A stretch of 64,000 bases of DNA from Narcine bancroftii (GCF_036971445.1 NC_091476.1:29388001-29452000); one strand, 5' to 3'; numbered from the stretch's first letter, positions 1 through 11,596 are shown. Program-made: numbers and translations. The notes: a model not told the origin generated them from the letters alone.

Positions 1-962
1 TCTGAACTAACCTCATAATTAATGTTTCACTTGGAAAATTCCTATTTGGCAATTCAGAGATTTTAAAGTTTGAACTGTAATGAATTTACAAGAAATACTT
101 TTCTGTAATGTAATTATATTGCACATTTAATGATGGCCATAGATGACTGTCTCACAAGAAATTATTTTATTGTTAGTGTGATTTTATTAAATATGTATTG
201 AACCATCAGAGAATCTGTTCTTCTCCCTCTATACATTTTTACCAGTGGAAATAAAATGATTCATGACTGACAGATATAAATTAATGGAGGCAAACAACAG
301 CTGTGGGGGATTTCAATATCTCCCTTTCTCTAATAAAATGAAGTCCCACGCTTCCTCACAGTGCTGCAAGATAATACTTTGCCCTCGTATAATTTTAATT
401 ACATGCAAATATCCATGGTACCTTTGCTTGTATGAGTGTATTAATTAGTTTTTGTGGAAATTCTAAATGTCAGAGAATCTAGTTGTCCACATCTGAATTC
501 ATGCTGGATGTCTCCTTATGAAAAATTTTAATTCAAAATGTGTTAATTTCTCAAAATAAATTGATTTATTTTTGGCTTAGATCAACAAATATACAATATT
601 TGTTATATAATTACACATATATAAAAATATACTCATGTTGAGGCTTGAATGATGCCTATTGATGAGATCAATAAATATCTGCATATGGGCATTATTAAAA
701 TGTTGGGCAAAGGAAATATAAATGAATGATCAATATATTGATAAAAAAATATAGATTGATTAGTCAGTCTACACTTCCACATATTTAGGCATAAACTGTC
801 TGGGTATAGATGGAGTATGGCAAGGAAGAACAGAAGATACTGGGAGAAAATGAAAAGGAAATTGAGATAAAGGAAATGAAGGACAAAGAGAGGGAAGAGA
901 TACAAGACAGTGGAAGGGACTTGGTGCAAGAGGGAAGGAAGGAAATACTTTTATTACAAAAG

Positions 963-2940
963 GATCACAAAATATCGGACATTAATGTTGGAGAACAAAT
1001 TGAGTCTGTTAGTTTTCGGGTAGTTTTAGGGAAAAGCAAGGATGGGCCTAAAATTGAGGTTCTGGATTGGAGAAGAGCAAATTTCGAAGGAATAAGAAGG
1101 GATTTGGGGAGTATTGAGTGGAACAGGATATTTTCAGGTAAGGATGTAAAAGAAAAATGGAGGATATTCAAAAAAGAAATTGTGCGGGTACAGAGTAGAT
1201 ATGTCCCAGTGAGGATCAAAGGAAAGGCTGGAAGTCATAGGGAGGCTTGGTTTTCGAGGAATATTGGAAATTTGGTTAGGAGAAAAAGGGAGGTGTACAA
1301 GAGGTATAAAGAGCAGGGAGCTGAGAGTTTGAAGGAGGACTACAAGGAGTGTAGAAGGAATCTTAAGAAAGAAATTAGAAAGGCCAAAAAAAAAGCACAA
1401 AGAGGCTTTGGCAGACAGAGTAAAAATAAATCCAAAGGGTTTCTATAGGTACATTAAAAGTAAAAGATTAGTGAGGGATAAAATTAGACCCCTTGTAGAT
1501 AGCGAAGGTAGGCTGAGTGAGAAGTCAGAGGAAATGGGGGAAATTTTGAATGATTTCTTTGCCTCGGTATTCACTAGGGAAAAAAATATTGAACCAGTTG
1601 AAGTAAATAAAAATAGTGGGGAGGTCATAAAGCATATAAAGATAACTGAGGAGGTAGTGATGGCTGTGTTGAAAAAGATAAAGGTGGATAAATCTCCGGG
1701 ACTGGACAAAATATTCCCAAGGACACTCAGGGAGGCTTGCGGACAAATAGTGGGGCCATTAGCAGAGATATTTAGGATGTCACTGGTCACGGGGGTAGTG
1801 CCAAAGGATTGGAGGGTAGCGCATGTGGTTCCGCTGTTTAAGAAAGGGTCCAAATGTAAACCTGGGAATTATAGGCCCATGAGTCTGACGTCTGTGGTGG
1901 GTAAGTTGATGGAAAGTGTTCTGAGGGATGGTATTTACAAATATTTGGAGGTACAGGGATTGATAGGGAGTAATCAGCATGGTTTTGTCAGGGGTAGATC
2001 ATGCTTGACAAACCTGATTGAGTTTTTTGAGGGGGTTACAAAAAAGGTTGATGAAGGGAAAGCTGTGGATGTTGTCTATTTAGACTTTAGTAAAGCTTTT
2101 GACAAAGTTCCCCACAGGAGGTTAGGAAAAAAGGTGGAGGCATTAGGTATAAATAAGGAGGTAGTGAAATGGATTCAGCAATGGTTGGATGGGAGGTGTC
2201 AGAGAGTAGTGGTAGAAAATTGTTTGTCCAATTGGAGGCCGGTGACTAGCGGAGTTCCACAGGGATCGGTCCTGGGTCCACTATTGTTTGTTATATATAT
2301 TACTGATCTGGAAGTAGGGGTGGAGAATTGGATAAGCAAGTTTGCGGATGATAGAAAGATTGGTGGTGTTGTGGACAGTGAGGAAGATTACCGTAGATTA
2401 AAAGGTGATTTAGGAAGGCTGGAGGTGTGGGCTGAGAAATGGCTGATGGAATTTAATACAGATAAGTGTGAGGTGTTACATTTTGGAAAGGCAAATCTAA
2501 ATAGGTCATATGCATTAAATGGTAGGCTATTGAGATGTGCAGAGCAACAAAGGGATTTAGGAGTGACGGTAAATAGTACCCTCAAAGCTGATACTCAGGT
2601 AGATGGTGTGGTGAAGAAGGCATTTGGAATGTTGGCCTTAATAAATCGGAGTATTGAATTCAAGAGTAGGGAGGTTATGATGAAATTGTACAATGCATTG
2701 GTGACGCCAAATTTGGAGTACTGTGTACAGTTTTGGTCACCAAATTATAGGAAAGATATAAACAAAATAGAGAGAGTGCAGAGAAGGTTCATGAGAATGT
2801 TGACAGGATTTCAAGGTTTGAGTTACAGGGAAAGGTTGTGCAGACTGGGGCTTTTTTCTCTGGAGCGTAGAAGATTGAGGGGGGACTTGATAGAGGTGTT
2901 TAAGAATTTAAAAGGGACAGACAGAGTCTTTTTCAATTAA
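963..2940 (+). pseudogene. CR1 ORF2 (end of endonuclease plus reverse transcriptase), frameshifted
   Basis: ORFs 810-1448 and 1408-2940 join across a frameshift at the A-run near 1386-1394. Motifs KSPGLD, NYRPMSLTS, QHGF, YLDFSKAFDKV, GVPQGSVLGP, KFADD, LEYCVQFWSP. Small deletion near 2927. Confidence 0.92.
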
Positions 2941-2953
2941 GAGTGGGGGAGAT

Positions 2954-3113
2954 TCCACCCAGAGGACATCCCTAAATCGGACATTATTACTCCATTTGGT
3001 CTATTTAAGTTTCTAAGGATGCCTTTCAGTCTTAAGATCGTAGCTCAGACATTCCAATGTTTAATGGACGCCATCATAAAAGATTTGCTTTTCCTTTTCT
3101 TCTACCTCGATGG
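2954..3113 (+). repeat. 160-bp exact copy of Gypsy RT segment 5562-5721 inserted in the CR1
   Basis: Identical by eye to 5562-5721. Flanked by duplicated CR1 sequence GGAGATTC at 2948-2955 and 3112-3119. Confidence 0.95.
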
Positions 3114-3621
3114 AGATTCAATTAAGGGCGTGGTTTAAGATTGAAGGGGGAAAATTATAAGGGGAACATGAGGCGAAATTTCTTTACGCAAAGGGTGGTA
3201 GGGATGTGGAATGAGCTTCTGGGAGACGTGGTCGAGGCGGGATCATTCGTTACATTTAAGGACAGACTGGATAGTTACATGGAGAGGAGAGGACTGGAGG
3301 GGTATGGACTGGGTGCTGGTCAGTGGGACTAGGAGGGTGGGAATTTGTTACGGCATGGACTAGTAGGGCCGAACTGGCCTGTTCTGTAAGTGGTTATATG
3401 GTTAAATATTTGTGGCAGAGATCTGCATTAGATGTGGGTGAAGATAATGAAGATGTATTTTCAGCAGGAGTTTGGGAGATAATAGATCATTGGGAGACCA
3501 TGCCATTGCACAGAGTTGGAGCCACTTTTTAAATGTAAGGAATGTTGCATTCATGTCAATATCTACAATGGAATGAATTATGAATGCCAAAGAGAGTGAA
3601 ATGTGAATGTTAAATGGGGTA

Positions 3622-3692
3622 AAAACACAATGCTGGAGAAACTCAGCAGGTCAGTCTGTGTAGTTTGTATAGCAAAGATAAAGATACATAAC
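3622..3692 (-). mobile_element. Penelope-like terminal repeat, left part (split by the Gypsy insertion; continues at 8472-8670)
   Basis: CAATGCTGGAGAAACTCAGCAGGTCA...AAAGATACATAAC matches the uninterrupted copy at 44935-45040. Confidence 0.7.
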
Positions 3693-3996
3693 TGTGGTGG
3701 TCTGAACAGCTGGACAGGCAGAATTGCCACACTGAGAGGCCTGCGTTTGCAGACCCATGTGGATTGACGAAGCGCGTTGCTTCCCTGCTGGCATGTTGCC
3801 AGAGAGACAATGACTGCAGTGCACTAACTTCACTCCCCTTTGAGAGGCACGATGACACCACTCCCCTTTATGAAGCGTGCAGGACATCACTCTTTCCCTT
3901 TGTGAGGCACGCGATTGTTTAAAATAAAAACCAGTTGGTAGTTGACTCATCTCTGGTAGCTGTTGTTGCTTGAGTTCTGCAATTAGTCCCACTAAA
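3693..3996 (+). repeat. 5' LTR of Gypsy element 1
   Basis: Starts TG directly after the TSD and ends just before the PBS. Shares CGTTTGCAGACCCATGTGG, TTGCCAGAGAGAC and GATTGTTTAAAAT...CAGTTGG.AGTTGACTC with the 3' LTR. Confidence 0.9.
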
Positions 3997-3997
3997 T

Positions 3998-4011
3998 TGG
4001 TAACCCCGACG
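3998..4011 (+). promoter_or_regulatory. Primer-binding site, tRNA-Trp type
   Basis: TGGTAACCCCGACG against TGGTGACCCCGACG, the complement of the vertebrate tRNA-Trp 3' end (1 mismatch). Confidence 0.8.
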
Positions 4012-4066
4012 GGTGCTCAATGCTTTTTGAGACCCAATAGTGAAACATAGTGAGAAAGCCTGCAGA

Positions 4067-4782
4067 ATGGATGCCATTACTGTGCTGCACGCAGTGGCTG
4101 TAAAACTGCCCACCTTCTGGCTTCACGGACCACGCCCATGGTTCTAGGAGGCTGAGGCCCAGTTCCACATTAGAAACATAACAAATGAAGCCATCAAATT
4201 CTGGCATGTAGTCACCTTATTAGATGAAGATTCTGCTGCTAAGATAGATCATTTTATCAGCAACCTGCCCGAGGAGGATCAATACAGTGTTTTTGAGGCA
4301 CATCTCCTTGTGACTTTTGGCGCATCTGACCTGGGAAGAGGCACACGCTTACTCCACCTCGACGATTTGGGGGACAGGAAGCCATTAGAACTAATGAATG
4401 AAATGCTTGTGTTAGCAGAGCGCCATTTCAACTGCTTAATGTTCAAGGCAGCCTTCTTGGAACAGCTCCCTCATGACATCGCCCTGCTGCTCTCTTCTGC
4501 TGACTTCTCCAAACCAAGGAAAGTGGCAAGGCAGGCAGTCAGACTTGACAGGGTACCGCAGCCTCCCATGGCAAAGTTTCAACAGATCACCTTAGACAGT
4601 CAAGTCAATGCAGCCACCAGTTCTACTGCCCTCCACAAGCTACCGAGGGGGAAAAAAGCCATTGGAGAACAGTGAGTGGTGTTTCTATCACAGAAAGTGG
4701 GGCAGGAATGAGCGCTGCTCTGTGCCACCGTGTAGTTACATGGTTGACTCCCAGGGAAACGACAACGCCAACTGCCACTGAT
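4067..4782 (+). pseudogene. gag: Gypsy gag (disrupted)
   Basis: MDAITVLHAVAVKLPTFW...PWF*EAEAQF (KLPxFW/EAQF gag motif). C-terminal CFYHRKWG...PPC knuckle. Contains in-frame stops. Confidence 0.8.
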
Positions 4783-4799
4783 GGCCTTGACAGTTGGTG

Positions 4800-7690
4800 A
4801 CCAGACTGGCCTGTAATATGCCACTGATCAGTGCACACGATGCAAACTGCTCGTCGACACCGGAGCTCAGCTCAATATCTTCCTGCCATCCTCTTACAAG
4901 TGGGAATCTCAAGTGCCTCAAGCTGACTTGCATGCCACCAAAGGCACAATGATTAGCAGTTATGGCACCAAGTTGATACAACTTGTATTAGGCGACACAC
5001 CTTACCGCTAGACTTTCACGCTAGCAGCCGAAGGACAGCCCAATTTTGTAGTAAACTTCCTGAGGGCACATGACTTGTTGGTAGATATGAAAGGGCGCCA
5101 CCTCATTTCACACATGCCCACTTTATTCAGGTCATCGGCTGGCAACACTGCTATGTGTGCAACCACTCGCCACTGATGATTTTGTGAACTTATTAGTAGA
5201 GTTTCCTGAACTACTTACACCAGATTTCCATTTAGTCTCTCCACGTCATGGAGTTCAGCACTACATAACCACCACCGGTCCTCCCCTACATTCCAAGGCA
5301 TTCAGATTTCCCCCTGACCGACTATTACAGGCCAAAAAAAGAGGAACTAGACATTATCTGAAGGTCCGATAGTCCTTTGGCATCGCCACTCCATATGGTG
5401 CTCAAAGCATCTGGTGGCCTAAGACCTTGTGGAGATTACCAATGGCTCAAATGTGCTGGATAGATATCCAGCACCACACATTCAACATTTCACCGCCAAC
5501 CTCCATGGCAAACGGATCTTCTCGAAGGTAGACTTAGTAAAAGGTTATCACCAAATCCCTGTCCACCCAGAGGACATCCCTAAATCGGACATTATTACTC
5601 CATTTGGTCTATTTAAGTTTCTAAGGATGCCTTTCAGTCTTAAGATCGTAGCTCAGACATTCCAATGTTTAATGGACGCCATCATAAAAGATTTGCTTTT
5701 CCTTTTCTTCTACCTCGATGGCATCTTAGTAGCCAATGAGTCAACATGAGAACAGACAACACCTGTGACAATTGATCCAGAAGCTTCAGGATTTGGGCCT
5801 TTCTGTCAACCTTCCGAAGTGTGCATTTGACAAACACACAATTGACTTTTTGGGACACAGGATTTCGACAGCAGGTGCAACCCCGCTTCCAGACAAAGTA
5901 TCAGCCATTTGGGTCTTCCTAAAGCCCACTACTGTTAAAGGGGTAGCAGAATTCCTGGGAAAGGTTAACTTTTATAACAGGTTCCTCCCAGCAGCAGCCA
6001 GGATCATGAAGCCCTTGTTCCTCATCCTCACCGGCAAACCTAAGAAACTACTCTGGACTACAAAGGCCACAGAAGCATTTGACAAAGCAAATGAGGTGCT
6101 TTCAAAGGTAATTATGTTAGACCACCCCCATATGCACGCCCAGCTTGCGCTCACGTCAGACGCGTCGGACATCGCTGTGAGGGTGGTCCTAGAACAGAAA
6201 GTCAGCGGTCACTGGCAACCCCTGGCATTTTTCAGCCGCCACCTACGCCCGCCCGAATTAAAGTACAGCTTTTTCGACCGGGAGTTGTTAGTGCTTTATC
6301 TGGCCATCAAACATTTCAGATATTTTCTCGAATGCAGGCATTTTGCTGCATTTACCCTTGCCCTTGCCAAGATTACGGATCCCTGGTCAGCCAGTCAACA
6401 GAGCCATCTAGCCTATATTTCTGAATTTACCTCTGATATGTGGCATTTGTCCGGTAAAGGCAATGTTGTAGCTGATGCTTTGTCCAGGACAGAGGTCAAT
6501 GCGATTCCAGGAGGGCTGGATCTCTGGGCTCTTTCAATAGCCCAACAAGAGGACCAGGAGGTATAAGCTTTCCATACAGCTATTATGGACCTGCTCTTAG
6601 CTGATGTTCCATTGGGCCCTGACCAGGTGATACTTTCGGCCACCCATGACCAATCATCCCACTGTTTTGGCAGAGGAAACTTTTTGATCACATTCACAGC
6701 CTGTCCCATCCATCTGTCCGCATGACCGTCAAGCTTTTGTCCTCAAGATATGTCTGACATGGCTTAAGGAAGCAGGTCACTCACTAGGCACGAAAATGCC
6801 TCTCCTGCCAGGCAGCTAAGGCCCAACAACATACCAGAGCACCGCTCCAACAATTTCCACCTACGACACAAAGGTTTCAGCATATACACTTAGACATTGT
6901 GGGCCCGCTGCCCATGTCCAGAGGTCAACAGTATATACTAACAATGGCTGACCATTTTACCCACTGGCCGGAAGCTGCACCAATGATGGACATCATGGCT
7001 GAAACGTATGCTTGGACTTTTCTCTTGATCTGGGTTGCTCAATTCAGAGTACCAGTCCATCTAACCTCTGACAGGGGAACTCGGTTTACTTCAACCTTGT
7101 GGGAAAACCTGGCGAGACTTTTTACCATACTACAGCATACCACCCGCAGGCTAATGGGCTAGTGGAACATTTCCACTGCCATCTGAAACAAGCCTTTCGG
7201 GTAAGACTTAACGACCCTCAGATGAGTTACCATGGCCTGCTGCATATTAGAACAGCACCTAATGATGACCTGGAGACCTTTTCAACAGAAATAGTTTATG
7301 GCGCTGCACTCCCAGAACCGACAGACATCATTCCTTCTCCAGCCAAAGGTAGATCCGCGATTACAGAAGAATTACAAGAACTAAGAAACAAGATGGGTTC
7401 ACTGGCTCCAGTTCCAGCAATTCATCATAGATTACCGCCTACACAGTTTCCTGCTGCTCTCGACTCTACTTCTTACATCTTTGTTCAGCATCCATCCCCT
7501 GCTACATTCCTGCAGCAATCTTACAAGGGGCCTTATAAACTGCTGCAGCACAATGGATCTATGGACTTGGTGGTCGACCAGAACCTTTTAACACAAGACA
7601 GACTGCGCACATGGACATTGCTGAACCTGTGCATGTCCCACCTCCCAAGCGCCGGGGATGACCTCCTAAAATACCCAACATTGTGACATT
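4800..7690 (+). pseudogene. pol: Gypsy pol (protease, RT, RNase H, integrase), multiple stops and frameshifts
   Basis: PR: LLVDTGAQL near 4847. RT: [23 protein letters not shown]: TSDASD, DRELL, NVVADALSR. IN: HHCC near 6690-6810, DIVGPLP, TSDRGTRF, HPQANGLVE, YKGPY. Confidence 0.92.
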
Positions 7691-7707
7691 GCAGCCATCC
7701 AATGATT

Positions 7708-7725
7708 CGGGGGTGGGGGGGGGGG
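7708..7725 (+). other. Polypurine tract (expanded G-run)
   Basis: G-run immediately before the 3' LTR. Confidence 0.7.
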
Positions 7726-8471
7726 TGGTGATGGTGATATGGCGGACCAAGCGGCTACGCAGATGGTCAACAGAATCGCTGTACTGAGCAGTTGGCACAG
7801 AATGGTGCGGGCTCCCCTTCTTTGCCCGTGAGAAACCCACGTTTGCAGACCCATGTGGGTTAATGAATCACATTGCCAGAGAGACGATGACTCCGCAGCG
7901 TGTTAACTTCACTGCCCTTTGTGAGGCACGCTGACATCACTCTCCTTTGAGAGGTGCGCTGACATCACTCTCTATGAGGCGCGCTGATATCACTCCCCTT
8001 TGAGAGGTGCGCTGACATCACTCTCTATGAAACGCGCTGATATCACTCCCCTTTGAGAGGTGCGCTGACATCACTCTCTATGAAGCGCGCTGACATCACT
8101 CTCCTTTGAGAGGTGCGCTGACATCACTCTCTATGAGGCGCGCTGATATCACTCCCCTTTGAGAGGTGCGCTGACATCACTCTCTATGAGGCGCGCTGAT
8201 ATCACTCCCCTTTGAGAGGTGCGCTGACATCACTCTCTATGAAGCGCGCTGATATCACTCCCCTTTGAGAGGTGCGCTGACATCACTCTCTATGAAGCGC
8301 GTTGATATCACTCCCCTTTGAGAGGTGCGCTGACATTACTCTCTATGAGACGCGCTGATATCACTCCCCTTTGTGAGGCGCACGATTGTTTAAAATATAA
8401 AAAAAACAGTTGGCAGTTGACTCTTCTCAGGTAAGCTGTGTTTCTCGAGCTCTGCAGTTAGTACAACTAAA
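7726..8471 (+). repeat. 3' LTR of Gypsy element 1 with expanded internal minisatellite
   Basis: Homologous to 3693-3996 and ends ACTAAA before the TSD. 5' boundary approximate. Confidence 0.85.
7921..8380 (+). repeat. Higher-order minisatellite: 8 x 53-bp dimer (27+26 bp subunits)
   Basis: Unit GAGAGGTGCGCTGACATCACTCTCTAT-GAGGCGCGCTGATATCACTCCCCTTT starts at 7949, 8002, 8055, 8108, 8161, 8214, 8267 and 8320. Confidence 0.97.
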
Positions 8472-8670
8472 ATAACCAATGTTTCGGGCTTCAGCCCTCA
8501 TCCAAGTATGACAAAATGTGGGCTGGGGTTTGAACAAAATGGAGGGGGTGGGGGGTGCAGGAGAAGGAGCACAGTCCCTAGGGCAAGAGGTGGATAAGGG
8601 AGGGAGAGCACACCAACAAACCAGGGGAAGAGGGATGTCTCTGTGAATGGAGAGGGAACGGTTTGGAGAG
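8472..8670 (-). mobile_element. Penelope-like terminal repeat, right part, with degenerate hammerhead core
   Basis: CAATGTTTCGGGCTTCAGCCCTCATCCAAG continues the element begun at 3622, followed by a purine-rich tract. Confidence 0.65.
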
Positions 8671-9294
8671 TGAAATGTGGAGTTTATATTGATCAAGATA
8701 AGATCTGAGATGGATTAAAAAAAAGTGATTGTGTTTTTTTACACCAAGCTAATAATAAATAACATAATAAAGCCAAAAAGCTGTGGCAATAACACCCAAC
8801 AGTGAAAAATAAAACAGGTCCAGCATTCGTCAAAACTGGGAAAGAGAAAACATTAGTATAAGGCACCATTGAAGCTGGAGGAGGGATGGTTAGAACAAAG
8901 GACCCGAAAACTTCATGTGGCAGCTATTTACCAGTTTCAAATCTTGAATTAAACTGAATTATTGTTATGTATACTTAACTAAAGTGAAAAAGCATCCCTT
9001 TGCATGTTTTCCAAGCAAGTTAATCTTGATGTGGTAGTGCAAAAATAAAACAACAGTGCTGGATATAGCATTAAAAAGAAAAATAGATTTCATTGTGCAA
9101 GGCATTGTCTTGTACTTCAGGGTGGTCCATTCAAGAGTCTGATTTTAAAAAGAAGGAAAGAAACCGGAGATGCATATTTTCAAACTTTTGTCCAAAGGAA
9201 GAGGGAAGAAGATAATGTGACCAGAATGAGATGGGTAGTGGGAAAGAACATGAAATAATTTTTGATGAAATAATTTTTTGAAATATTAACTAAA

Positions 9295-10135
9295 TAGAAT
9301 CATAGAACATTACAGCACAGAAAACAGACCATCCGGCCCTACTAGTCTGTGCTGTAACATTATTCTGCTAGTTCCATTAACATGTGCACAGTCCCTAACC
9401 CTCCAGACCTCTCCCATCCATGTATCTATTTAATTTATTCTTAAAACTTAAGATTGAGCCTGCATTTACCACATCAGATGACATCTCGTTCCATACCCCC
9501 ACCACTCTCTGAGTGAAGAAGTTCCCCCTCAAGTTCCCTTTAAACTCTTCCCCTTTCACTGTAAAGCCATGGCCTCTTGTATTTATCTCTCCGAATCTAA
9601 GTGGAAAGAACCTATTCACATTTACTCTGTCTATACCCCTCATAATTTTGTAAACCTCTATCATATCTCCCCTCATTCTTCTACTCTCCAAGGAATAAAG
9701 CCCTAACCTGTTTAATATTTTCCTGTAACTCAACTCCAGAAGACCTGGCAACATCCTAGTAAATCTTGTCTGCGCCCCTTCAATCTTACTAATATCCTTC
9801 CTGAATTTAGGTGATGAGAACAGTACAGAATACTCCAAAACTGCCCTCTCCAATGTCTTATACAATTTCACCATAACATCTCAACTCCTATACTTAATAG
9901 TTTGATTTATGAAAGCCAAGATGCCAAAAGCTTTCTTTACAGCCCTGTCTCACCGTGATGCCACTCTCAGAGAATTATATATCTGTATTCCTAGATCCCT
10001 TTGTTCCTCCGCACTCCTCAGTGCACTACCATTTACTGTGTATGTGCTACCTTGGTTTGTCTTTCCAAAATGCAACACCTCACACTTGCCTGCATTAAAT
10101 TCCATCTGTCATTCTCTGGCCTCATTTTCCAGATT
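9295..10135 (-). mobile_element. CR1 LINE 3' fragment
   Basis: ORF 9395-9874 (LEYSVLFSSP, RMRGDMIEVYKI, NFFTQRVVGVWN). (TTCTATGA)-type tail at about 9295-9310. Confidence 0.92.
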
Positions 10136-10159
10136 CTTTTTAAATTAACTTTAAAAAAA

Positions 10160-10430
10160 TCTTTTTATTTTATTAATTTAAATTAAGACATACATTAAGG
10201 TAACAGGCAATTTCGGCCCACAAGTTTGTGCAGCCCAATTTACACCCCATTAACCTCCACCCACAATACATTTTGAATGATGGAGGAAACTGGACCACCA
10301 TGGAGAAAATCCATGCAGTTAATGGGAGAACGTACAAACTCCTTACAGACAATGTGGATCTTGAACCCTGGTTTGGTCCCAATCGCTGGAGCTGTAAAGG
10401 CATTGTGCTAACTGCTACACCAATCGTACG
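10160..10430 (-). mobile_element. tRNA-derived V-SINE (HE1-like)
   Basis: Minus strand has A-box-like TGGTGTAGCAGTTAG, B-box-like GGTTCAAGATCC, V-domain GGAGTTTGTACGTTCTCCC and a CR1-like 3' tail. Confidence 0.8.
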
Positions 10431-10698
10431 AGGAATTCTGGGGCATGGAAAATCAAGGTTCATAATCTGAGGCTGATCTTGTTATGCAGTTCATGACTTC
10501 CCAACCGCCTATTCTTGAACTATCCAAAATCACTTTCCCTTTCCTTTCTCGTTCAATATTCTTCAATAAAATATAATGACTAAGGGTAATGGTGAGAACG
10601 TGAAGAATCTGTATATTAAATGTCCTGATGCGTCCCTGTGAATGCACCAAAGTTTCCTCTACTTGACATGTAGGAAACATCGGGGGGGTCCAGAAAAT

Positions 10699-11110
10699 GT
10701 CAGAATCAGAATCATTTTATTGTCATTTCCATATTGAAAGCACAAAAACAAAACTGCATTTCCCCAAACAATGCCAATGGTCACCAACGTCACCGCCGAT
10801 TCCCTCCAACATCGGGCTCTGAAGTGCCTGTTGCGACCGGTAGTCCCGTTGTCTGCCCAGTCATCCTTACTATCGCAATCCTCCGTTGGTCTTCATGACA
10901 TTCTCCAGTCCTCATAGCCACAGCTCTCCATGAGAGCCTGCATGGAAGTCCCGACTCCCGTCCCTCCGAGCTCCAAAACTGGTCGTTCTGTCACCACTTT
11001 CGGAACTCTGCCAGCAGCACCTTTGCACCATACACATTCCCTCGGCCGCCGATGCTACCCAACACCAAGGATTGGAGGGCCTGCTTCTGCAGCAGTGGGC
11101 TAGTTCAATA
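10699..11110 (-). mobile_element. Probable non-autonomous LINE derivative with (TTCTGA)n tail
   Basis: Minus strand ends AATAAAATGATTCTGATTCTGA, like the Rex/Babar copy at 52664. Body is GC-rich with no recognisable ORF. Confidence 0.4.
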
Positions 11111-11532
11111 GCAATGCCATGAGCCTCACATAGAAGTATCCTGGTGCTGTTGTTGAATTCTTGATGATCCTCACTGCTCAAATTGTCCTATCCTCCTGTT
11201 TGTCATTTGTGGATGGCTCTCAACTTAACATATAACATGCACTCCTCCGGAAGAGCTGCTGCAAGATGCTTCCACCACCGCTATCTTGGAACCTCTTGTT
11301 CCACATTTTTCTCAGATTGCACATGTCCACACAATACACTCAAGATCAGGCACATCATACAGGATCTTCGCACACACTTACAGATGCTGCATTGCTCTTT
11401 CCCCTTTCAGACAGAAGAACGTTAATCTAACTGCGTTTATACATTTATAAATTCACCTGATTAACTGCATTCTGAATTCACTTTGACATTGCTGTTCTTC
11501 CTTGTGTTGATTTGGCTGATGTAGCACCTCTC

Positions 11533-11537
<5 letters not shown>

Positions 11538-11596
<59 letters not shown>

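Larger units (their letters stand above)
787..3405 (+). mobile_element. 5'-truncated CR1-clade LINE (HER1-like), relatively young
   Basis: ORF2 homology from about 963 to 3330. 3' UTR ends in the short tail TGGTTATATGGTTA. Possible TSD ATATTT at 781-786 and 3406-3411. Interrupted at 2954-3113 by a Gypsy-derived insert. Confidence 0.9.
3693..8471 (+). mobile_element. Full-length degenerate Ty3/Gypsy LTR retrotransposon
   Basis: 5-bp TSD ATAAC (3688-3692, 8472-8476). Two related LTRs, PBS and PPT. Domain order gag-PR-RT-RH-IN. Confidence 0.93.

Noticed and set aside
1408-2940. 510-aa ORF as a functional or domesticated RT gene
   Set aside because: It is an ordinary CR1 ORF2 piece bounded by frameshifts, lacks most of the endonuclease and is interrupted downstream.
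7921-8380. CRISPR-like regularly spaced repeats
   Set aside because: There are no unique spacers, the array lies inside a Gypsy LTR, the context is eukaryotic and there are no cas genes. It is a minisatellite.
10330-10430. tRNA gene
   Set aside because: The A/B boxes belong to a SINE head followed by a V-domain and LINE-like tail. I see no intact cloverleaf.
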